12,361 nucleotides of DNA, taken from contig CBDURU010000107.1 of the NCBI GenBank assembly GCA_965369865.1, forward strand, positions 1 to 12,361, written 5' to 3'. This DNA is from an uncultured bacterium (GTDB taxonomy: Bacteria > JAJVIF01 > JAPKYR01). Made by a program: the position numbers and the translations under genes. Positions 5,766-12,361 of this stretch are shown in pieces. Positions within the stretch are counted from its first letter, which is position 1. Every line of letters starts with the position of its first letter. The notes below the pieces were generated by a model. The model did not search any database and was not told the DNA's origin. It saw nothing but the letters and a program-made list of their open reading frames with translations.

Positions 5766-7016
5766 ATGGCTGAGAATCACAATCCTGAATCTGAATCGCT
5801 CCTCGGGCTTAATCCCGGGGATGAAGCGTTACAGGCTCTCAAGGAACTTGAGGAGAATATTTGCAAGGGTAAGAGCGACCCTCTCTGCGCACGGGTCCGT
5901 CATGCTATAGAGCACCTTGCTGAACACTCCGAACGTGCTCATATTGTGGCGAGGTGCGCGAGTAACCTGGTTCAGGCTGAAAAACCGATCGACGTTCTGG
6001 AAGCGACGCTGTTCGACGCTATGCGCCTGACAAAAGCGGAACGCGGATACATCTTAATGTGGAATGAAAGCAGGCAGGCACTGGAACCGGCGACAATCGA
6101 GGGTGGAAGCACCAAGGCTCCAACCGGGGAAGATCTTGAGATCTGTAACACAATCGCGAAAAAAGCGTTTGATACAGGCAGGGTAATCATTAATCCAAAT
6201 GTCCAGACCGATCCTGAATTTAAACACGCGTCGAGCGTTGTGGCATTCCAGATACTGTCGGTGCTTGTGGCGCCATTGATCGCGGAAACCGATAAGGGTC
6301 AGCAGAAACTCGGCGTCGTTTATCTCGACAGCCGTGCCGCAAAACACCTGTTCGTGGATGATGACGCTGTACTCATGCAGGCGTTCGCTGCACTGGCGGC
6401 GATAAGTATCGCGCATCTCCGGATGGTACGGCAATTACGCAACGCGTACCGTGAAACGGTCAACGCTCTTGTAAGGGCGCTTGAGGCAAAGGATAAATAC
6501 ACGCGCGGCCATTCGGAACGGGTGGCGGAATACAGTGTGCGATGCGGACGATCTATGGGTTTGTCCGAAGACCGGATAGTGATGCTTGAATCAGCCGCCC
6601 TACTTCACGATATCGGGAAAATCGGCATCCGCGAGGCGGTCCTGTTAAAACCGGGAAAATTGACAGATGAGGAGTACGAACATATCAAGCTGCATGCCGA
6701 ACTATCGGAGGATATAGTCAGGGGATTAAGTTTTCTCGTGGATGAACTTGCTATCCTTGCCGGGTCGCAGGAACACTATGACGGCAGCGGTTATCCAAGG
6801 GGGACTAAGGGCGATGAAATATCGATCGAGGGTTACATTGTCCAGACAGCGGACGCGTGGGACGCGATGACATCGACAAGGGTCTACAGGGTGGCGTTAC
6901 CAAATGAGAAAGCGATAGCAGAGCTTAAAAAATATTCCGGAACCCAGTTCCATCCCGAAGTCGTTAAGGCGTTCCTGAAAATGATTGAAGAGCAGGGAAA
7001 CATTCCGTCCGGGTAA
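5766..7016 (+). CDS. GAF + HD-GYP domain protein (c-di-GMP phosphodiesterase family, degenerate metal site)
   Basis: GAF: AERGYILM...SVLVAPL...LGVVYLDSR...F..DD..LMQAFAALAAISI. HD-GYP: EAKDKYTRGHSERV, LLHDIGKIG, IKLH, SQEHYDGSGYP, ADAWDAMTSTRVYR, GTQFHP. Confidence 0.92.
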   Translation: MAENHNPESESLLGLNPGDEALQALKELEENICKGKSDPLCARVRHAIEHLAEHSERAHIVARCASNLVQAEKPIDVLEATLFDAMRLTKAERGYILMWNESRQALEPATIEGGSTKAPTGEDLEICNTIAKKAFDTGRVIINPNVQTDPEFKHASSVVAFQILSVLVAPLIAETDKGQQKLGVVYLDSRAAKHLFVDDDAVLMQAFAALAAISIAHLRMVRQLRNAYRETVNALVRALEAKDKYTRGHSERVAEYSVRCGRSMGLSEDRIVMLESAALLHDIGKIGIREAVLLKPGKLTDEEYEHIKLHAELSEDIVRGLSFLVDELAILAGSQEHYDGSGYPRGTKGDEISIEGYIVQTADAWDAMTSTRVYRVALPNEKAIAELKKYSGTQFHPEVVKAFLKMIEEQGNIPSG

Positions 7017-7289
7017 GTAAAGCCAGGTCCCGATTAACTCCAATTTCAATATTGGGTCATGTCCATCGATTATAAGACCCTGCAGGCTCTCAAATAGAGA
7101 GTTTTCGCATTTCAGGGGTTAGGAAAGCTTGTTTAAAAATAGCCAATTTGTCCCTAAAATTGAATAAATTGTCGATAAACAGGGGATTTTCAGGTGATCG
7201 AAGCCTGTTTAATCCTCTTTTTAAGTTATTGGAACGGTTCCTGCAATAAACCAGATGAAATAGAAAAAAACATTGTAAGGAGCAAAAAA

Positions 7290-7493
7290 ATGGCAAGTTT
7301 AATCGCACAATCAATAATGGCAGTACTGAGTGCCTCACTCCTTATTTGGGTATTCCGGGTATCAACTGGAAACGCAGGCAGTAATGAGATTGACTACTTC
7401 GTGGATCGCCACGATTTAAGCTTCGTAGAAGGAAGCGACATATATGAAATGGACAGATATTTTGAGTCAGTCAAAGCGGGTGCTGCTGAATAA
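7290..7493 (+). CDS. Small hypothetical protein with an N-terminal hydrophobic helix (67 aa)
   Basis: AAGGAG RBS just before the in-frame ATG at 7290, preferred over the ORF-track start at 7194. Hydrophobic stretch IMAVLSASLLIWVF; followed by a terminator-like hairpin. Confidence 0.6.
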   Translation: MASLIAQSIMAVLSASLLIWVFRVSTGNAGSNEIDYFVDRHDLSFVEGSDIYEMDRYFESVKAGAAE

Positions 7494-7535
7494 TTACTTA
7501 AAAGTCCGACCCGTTTACCGACCCAATATCACCTG

Positions 7536-7566
7536 AAAACCGCAGCCAGTGAGGAAGCGGTTTTTT
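7536..7566. terminator. Probable bidirectional intrinsic terminator
   Basis: AAAACCGC...GCGGTTTTTT between two convergent genes. Confidence 0.6.
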
Positions 7567-8162
7567 CATATCCCGAATACCTCGGCCACAAGTTCGCCTA
7601 GGCGATCGCTATAGCCTGTATAGGTCGCGCGAAGGGTACCGTCGATATCAATGAAGACCAGGAACGGAATTCCTCTTGTAGGATATATTCTGGAAATCGC
7701 ATTGGACGGGTCATGCATGACCGGGAACCTGAGGCCCATGCTGGTTACCATTTGCCTGATAGCCTGTTTTGCGCTTGCGCCCTCACTTGTGATTGCGATT
7801 ATTTCGATCTGATCTCCATGTTCCTCATAATAATCCTGCAGTTCGGGAAGTTCCCTGCGGCAGGGAGGGCACCCTGTCGCCCAGAAATCAAGAATGACAT
7901 ACTTCCGACCGATGTAATCCGACAACCGGATCACCCGGCCGTAGATTGTCGGGTAAGTGAAATCCTCGGCAGGACTCCCCTTCCTGGCCACCTGCACATT
8001 TTCATTAAATTCGGGGCGGTAATCGAGGTAGTTGGAAACGGTGGCGTCCGAAAACTCAGATTCCACGGGACGCTCCATCTTGCTTGCCGAGTAGACCACC
8101 CACGCGAGCGCCAGTAGGCCTATAAGACCTATCACGAGACAGCCTTTTCCGACTCCGCCCAT
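7566..8162 (-). CDS. Membrane-anchored TlpA/ResA/DsbE-like thiol-disulfide oxidoreductase
   Basis: N-terminal TM segment; PAEDFT...G..IRLSDY.G.KYVILDFWATGCPPCRRELPEL; cis-Pro loop GIPFLVFIDIDG; AAGGAGG RBS. Confidence 0.9.
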   Translation of the reverse strand: MGGVGKGCLVIGLIGLLALAWVVYSASKMERPVESEFSDATVSNYLDYRPEFNENVQVARKGSPAEDFTYPTIYGRVIRLSDYIGRKYVILDFWATGCPPCRRELPELQDYYEEHGDQIEIIAITSEGASAKQAIRQMVTSMGLRFPVMHDPSNAISRIYPTRGIPFLVFIDIDGTLRATYTGYSDRLGELVAEVFGI

Positions 8163-8240
8163 GATAGTCCTCCTTATGTTTATTATTTATTTTCCTGTTT
8201 CTACAGACTAATAAATCAGGAACGGCAACCCGACATCACT

Positions 8241-10922
8241 TCACCTCTCCAACTGGGCCGACAGTGCAAGGTTGATTCTCGTAAGGCATTCCTCGAGATG
8301 TGCGCCTGTCATGATGTCGAGATTCAGAACAGCGTCACCTGAGCGAAGCGTTGATATCTCATCTTTCAAAACAAGAAGATCGTGGCGTGCCAGGCTGATC
8401 GCGTCCTCGGGAGAACCATATGCCGGATACAGGTAAATTCCTGAGATCATATCGAGATGCGCACGCTGGAGGTTTCTTCGGAAGCTGTCAATGCCGGTTC
8501 CTTCGCCGACCTCCGACCAGATAGCGTTCCTGACGAAGTCGAAAAGCTCGACAATCGTGAAAGTATCAACGCCATCCGGCATACGGATCTCATTATTAAT
8601 TATCCTTTGTAGAACAAGCGGATCGTAAATCCAGTAGAACGGGCTGGTCTGGGCTGTCAGCACCCAGTCATGGACATCGAAATCCCACAAGCCTGAGTAA
8701 ACCGTGCTGTTGAAAGCCGACCGCTGGTCGCGGCCCAGCATGTTGAGGAGTTCCGGGTCGAACTGGAATGGTTCGGATGACCAGATCCTGTCGCGCAGGA
8801 AAATTAATGCCCTTCGCTGATCTTCGGCGCTCACCGGAACCATCGCGGGAAGGCCGCCGGTATCACCCACACGATTACGGTAAATCCTGACACCCCCTAT
8901 CTGCCTCGGGACAGTGGACGCGACCCTGACGTAATCATACGCTGCGTAAAGGAAAGCAAGCCTGATCTGTGATGGCATGGTGCCCGGCTCATCCCAGTAT
9001 TCAAGAACGTTCTCAACCAACTGGTCACTCACAGTAAGCATGTCTCCACAGTACCGGATCGGATCGTCGGAAAGGTCCCAGAGATAGATGTCCGGGTCGC
9101 AGTTCCTTGTCCATCCGCCGACCTGGTGATCGGTTGCATACCTGTAATCTCCCGAACGGCTCGCGATTTCCTGAAGAGCGTCGAGTTCATCTTCCGGTGA
9201 TTCGGCATCCAATGGAATATACCCGTACTCAATCGCCCACTTATCGTAATCGCCGACTGTACTGCTATAAATTTCGCCCTGGTGAGTACCCCTGGGTGAA
9301 ACATTGGCGGTTGTGTAATCCATGATCGAACCGGTCAATCCATGCTCCCTTGTCCACCATTCGACATTGAGCTTCCAGTATGATGTCATGGTGCTCCCGG
9401 CGAAATTGTGCCTTAAGCCAAGTGTGTGGCCAACTTCATGCGCAACCAGGTCGACCAGATAGTCGTGAATCAACTCTTCCTCCGATACGCCGCTACCCTG
9501 GAAAATACCGCTTGTATTCAATAGGGTGATCGAGCGTCCGAGTTCGAAAGTCCGCATCTCGGAGTACATCGAACACCCGTTATCCCCTGAATATTTTTGA
9601 GCCTGCTCGTCCAGAATATCAAGAGTGTCCTGATCCCATGGAACCTGCCTGTTGTTAAGATTCGGCCATCCCGGAGGCATGATCATTTCCATCATGGACT
9701 GCAGCGGGACAATAGTCAGTCGCTGGCTTCGAAATGCGGAAGAGGTCATGTCCGCGTTGACACCAATATCCGCGGCGAAAATTTCCCCGGTGCGGGGGTC
9801 GGATTGCGACGGGCCTATTGCGTAGACCGAGCCGGGTCCGACGAACCACCTTATGCAGTTGTACCTGATGTCCGCGGGGTCCCAGTCGGCGTCGTCAGGC
9901 ATTAACTCCGCCCGGACAGCATTGCGGAAACCGATTGCCTTAAAAGCCGGATTCCATGCGAGAATGCCCTCAGTGATCGCATCACGGTATTCGTAGGGAA
10001 TTGTGTTCTCAAGCCAGAATGTGATTGGTTTTAGAGGCCGTGAAATTTCCGAGCCAGGATCCTCCTTCTCAAGTCGCCAGCGGTTTATATAACGGATATA
10101 CCGGGTTTCCTCCCGGTCTGTTTCAACTGAGTACTTCAGGGTGAGGTCCTGGAAATACCCGATACGTTCATCCGCCAGCCTGGGCATGTAACCATCATCG
10201 GGAAGCACAGCCAGCGAGATGTGCAGCCAGACCTCCTGTCCGGCTTCGGGAGAATACCCTAACGCGTTCGGTGCTCCATAAACTATCAGCCTGATGTCGA
10301 TCTCATCATTAAGCGGAAACCCCTTGATTTCACTAATGTATGAGCCTTCGTAATCAATAAAGTATGAATAACCCCAACTCAGGCTTGCCACATCGATTCC
10401 GCCCAGTGCCAGAAGTAAAGTAGTAAGATCGATAACCACGCGTCCATCATCTTCGTCCTCAACCTCGATCGGTGTCCTGCCGAAATAATAATCCGATGTG
10501 CCCGCCTCGACAGCACTTGCCATAGGCTCACCCATAACGGTGGTGATCTGGTAATTCGGTTCGACAAATTCGATGGATTGCGCGTCGCGACGGAATTCGA
10601 AAACCGTACTACCCCACATCATGGGAGCCGCCATGCCCCCGCTGCCCGTACCGCCGCTCAGGGTTGCCGAACCAAGAAATCCTTGATCGAGCTGGTCCCC
10701 GTTGAGTGAGATTAATACCCTGCGCGTGTCCGGCTCAGTATAGTAGGTGAACAATCCCTCGGTCATCTCGAAATCCGCGACATATTCTTCGATCGGACCG
10801 GGAGTTTCGTCCCCAACCCCATTTTCACCGTTTATCAGGTCGTCCTGAGCGAAAAGAGGATTTACTGTAACGGCGATTAATATTGCAACTACATAAATAA
10901 CCCTTGAAAGGAAGTGAATCAT
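8241..10922 (-). CDS. Secreted zinc-dependent metalloprotease, metzincin (DUF5118/DUF5117/DUF4953, EcxA-like)
   Basis: Signal peptide ending LFA-Q; YMPRLADERIGYF, RYINRWRLEK, GILAWNPAFKAIGF, DPRTGEI, HEVGHTLGLRHNF (9408-9440), Met-turn GSIMDY, VGDYDKWAIEYGY. Confidence 0.9.
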   Translation of the reverse strand: MIHFLSRVIYVVAILIAVTVNPLFAQDDLINGENGVGDETPGPIEEYVADFEMTEGLFTYYTEPDTRRVLISLNGDQLDQGFLGSATLSGGTGSGGMAAPMMWGSTVFEFRRDAQSIEFVEPNYQITTVMGEPMASAVEAGTSDYYFGRTPIEVEDEDDGRVVIDLTTLLLALGGIDVASLSWGYSYFIDYEGSYISEIKGFPLNDEIDIRLIVYGAPNALGYSPEAGQEVWLHISLAVLPDDGYMPRLADERIGYFQDLTLKYSVETDREETRYIRYINRWRLEKEDPGSEISRPLKPITFWLENTIPYEYRDAITEGILAWNPAFKAIGFRNAVRAELMPDDADWDPADIRYNCIRWFVGPGSVYAIGPSQSDPRTGEIFAADIGVNADMTSSAFRSQRLTIVPLQSMMEMIMPPGWPNLNNRQVPWDQDTLDILDEQAQKYSGDNGCSMYSEMRTFELGRSITLLNTSGIFQGSGVSEEELIHDYLVDLVAHEVGHTLGLRHNFAGSTMTSYWKLNVEWWTREHGLTGSIMDYTTANVSPRGTHQGEIYSSTVGDYDKWAIEYGYIPLDAESPEDELDALQEIASRSGDYRYATDHQVGGWTRNCDPDIYLWDLSDDPIRYCGDMLTVSDQLVENVLEYWDEPGTMPSQIRLAFLYAAYDYVRVASTVPRQIGGVRIYRNRVGDTGGLPAMVPVSAEDQRRALIFLRDRIWSSEPFQFDPELLNMLGRDQRSAFNSTVYSGLWDFDVHDWVLTAQTSPFYWIYDPLVLQRIINNEIRMPDGVDTFTIVELFDFVRNAIWSEVGEGTGIDSFRRNLQRAHLDMISGIYLYPAYGSPEDAISLARHDLLVLKDEISTLRSGDAVLNLDIMTGAHLEECLTRINLALSAQLER

Positions 10923-11119
10923 AACTATCCCCGAATTTTAATTGAGTTATTAATGAAATGATCTTACACGAAATTCACATGGATTATATCGGATTTATGG
11001 CTATTTTAAAATAAAATTAGAGAAAACCCATATGTCGCTTTCACAGGGAAGGGGTATGGTGTTCCAATGATTTTATATTTTTTTGGACATTTGGACATCA
11101 TCATGAAACCCACCTCCAG

Positions 11120-11146
11120 TCAAGATTCGCCTAAAACAGCCGAAAT
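11120..11146 (+). promoter_or_regulatory. Sigma28 (FliA/SigD)-type promoter
   Basis: TCAA(GATT)-N15-GCCGAAAT vs consensus TAAA(GTTT)-N15-GCCGATAA, with the exact 15-bp spacing, upstream of a flagellin-like gene. Confidence 0.6.
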
Positions 11147-11156
11147 TATTAATAGA

Positions 11157-11229
11157 AGGTCGAACAGGATTTCGACCTGCATATATGATATATGATATAA
11201 TTATGTAAGTGGGTAATACACGGAGGTGA
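11157..11229 (+). promoter_or_regulatory. Two candidate CsrA/RsmA binding sites in the 5' UTR
   Basis: Perfect 8-bp hairpin AGGTCGAA-caggat-TTCGACCT presents GGA in the loop. A second site, ACACGGAGGT (ACANGGANGT pattern), overlaps the Shine-Dalgarno sequence. Confidence 0.55.
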
Positions 11230-11234
11230 ATCCC

Positions 11235-12008
11235 ATGACGATACCGCCAATCGGATCTAATCCGGCACAACCCTCACCACTGGACGATAAGCGAACGGAA
11301 AATTCGGCGCCTGAGAAAGCTGACGTTAAGCTGTCCTCCGAAAAGGCCGAGCTTAATAATACCCAACCCGCCGAAAAAGTGGAGATAACCACCGACGCGG
11401 GGCTTATTCGTGCCCGTCAGAACCAGATCACAAGCCTCCAGATCGCTGAGCGTACGGTTGAGCAAATAATTAATGACGCTAACGAAATCGAGACACTTGT
11501 CCTTCGCCATCATGAAGCGTCTGTGAAGGGTGAGGGTCGCGCGCAGGAATTTGTAATCGAGATAGATAATCGAATAACCCAGTTGGAATCCAGGACGACC
11601 CAGGCCATGTTCGAGGGACGGAACCTTCTCGACGGACGTGAGATGACATTCGAAATCCATGGCCGCACGGAACGGATACAAACCCCCGACATCACGAACG
11701 GGATAGATCGCTATGTCAAAACCGTCCGGAATTCCGTCAGTACAGATCGCAAACTCGATACTGGAGATTTTATAAAAAGGGCACAGGAATTCGTGTCGGG
11801 TTCAAAAACGATCAGGACACGCCTCGAGCAGGATGTGCGGGACTCTATCGTAGGGGCTGTACGTGAATCATCGACAACGAAGGTTAAGGATGTCGCCGAT
11901 GCCGAGCGACTGATACGGAAGGCGCGTGATGCTCGCCCAAAAGCGGACAGCCAGACGCCGAAAGACCTGAACCAGATCGAGGGCCAGGCGATTAATCTGT
12001 TGAAGTGA
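11235..12008 (+). CDS. Highly divergent flagellin-like protein (257 aa)
   Basis: QNQITSLQIAERTVEQI...EIDNRITQLESRTTQAMFEGRNLLDG resembles flagellin N-D1 (AQDGISLLQTAEGAL...EI..L..EIDRIA..T.FNG.KLLDG). RTRLEQ, KVKDVADAE and NQIEGQAINLLK resemble the flagellin C terminus (QNRLE, RIRDAD.A, NQ.PQ.VLSLL). GGAGGTGA RBS favours ATG 11235 over GTG 11226. Confidence 0.65.
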   Translation: MTIPPIGSNPAQPSPLDDKRTENSAPEKADVKLSSEKAELNNTQPAEKVEITTDAGLIRARQNQITSLQIAERTVEQIINDANEIETLVLRHHEASVKGEGRAQEFVIEIDNRITQLESRTTQAMFEGRNLLDGREMTFEIHGRTERIQTPDITNGIDRYVKTVRNSVSTDRKLDTGDFIKRAQEFVSGSKTIRTRLEQDVRDSIVGAVRESSTTKVKDVADAERLIRKARDARPKADSQTPKDLNQIEGQAINLLK

Positions 12009-12050
12009 GGGTTATAGGAAAGAAAAAATATCAAACAGAATTAAGTTACG

Positions 12051-12082
12051 GGGACACCAGGTTTGGTGTCCCTTTCTTATTT
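12051..12082 (+). terminator. Intrinsic terminator after the flagellin-like gene
   Basis: GGGACACCA-ggtt-TGGTGTCCC perfect 9-bp stem followed by TTTCTTATTT. Confidence 0.75.
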
Positions 12083-12125
12083 CACCATATTAATTGGTTC
12101 AATTTTTAAAACATAGGGCGATAAA

Positions 12126-12361
12126 CCATCCCCCCGGAGGGGGGATTATAGGGGGGGTCTTTTTCTTCACTCTCCTCGCCTATCCAACATTTTCTAAGCC
12201 AATAACTAACCCCCCCTGTAGTCCCCCCCATGGGGGGACTGTGTATTTGCCATCCCCCCGCAGGGGGGATTGTGTATTTGCCATCCCCCCGGAGGGGGGA
12301 TTATAGGGGGGGGTCTTTTTCTTCACTCTCCTCACCTATCCAACATTTTCTAAGCCAATAA
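12126..12361. repeat. Composite C-run/G-run palindromic repeat cluster with an ~80-bp direct repeat (period 155 bp), truncated by the window end
   Basis: 12126-12205 matches 12281-12361 (1 substitution, 1 extra G). Four TCCCCCC-N3/4-GGGGGGA hairpins, an inverted arm at ~12209-12240, and TGTGTATTTGCCATCCCCCCG twice. Confidence 0.85.

Noticed and set aside
7155..7178. Sigma28 promoter TAAA...GTCGATAA upstream of the small membrane protein
   Set aside because: The spacer is 12 bp rather than ~15, in an AT-rich region where TAAA is common.
7713..12306. Remaining antisense or alternate-frame ORFs inside the thioredoxin, protease and flagellin-like genes, plus 11073-11270 and 12094-12306
   Set aside because: They are shadows of well-supported genes or translations of repeat DNA, with no independent coding evidence.

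Overview
Bacterial chromosomal window with many repeats; no RNA genes, CRISPR array, integrase or transposase were found. The left third is a defence-type locus on the minus strand: a fused type IIG (Eco57I-like) restriction-modification gene is followed directly by a DUF4258/DUF2283 toxin-antitoxin pair. After that comes a second, in-frame copy of the RM gene's last ~60 codons, exactly 780 bp away, whose junction lies inside a strand-specific hairpin. A related, covarying hairpin follows the second copy. This looks like a cargo cassette docked at the RM 3' end. The rest holds a stand-alone DUF58 gene, a GAF + HD-GYP protein lacking the HH metal ligands, a small membrane protein, a TlpA-like thioredoxin and a large secreted metzincin. 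It ends with a very divergent flagellin-like gene that keeps a sigma28-like promoter and two CsrA-like GGA sites. Intergenic spaces contain several distinct REP/REPIN-like palindrome families and tandem repeats. All protein calls come from motif recognition by eye, not from database searches.
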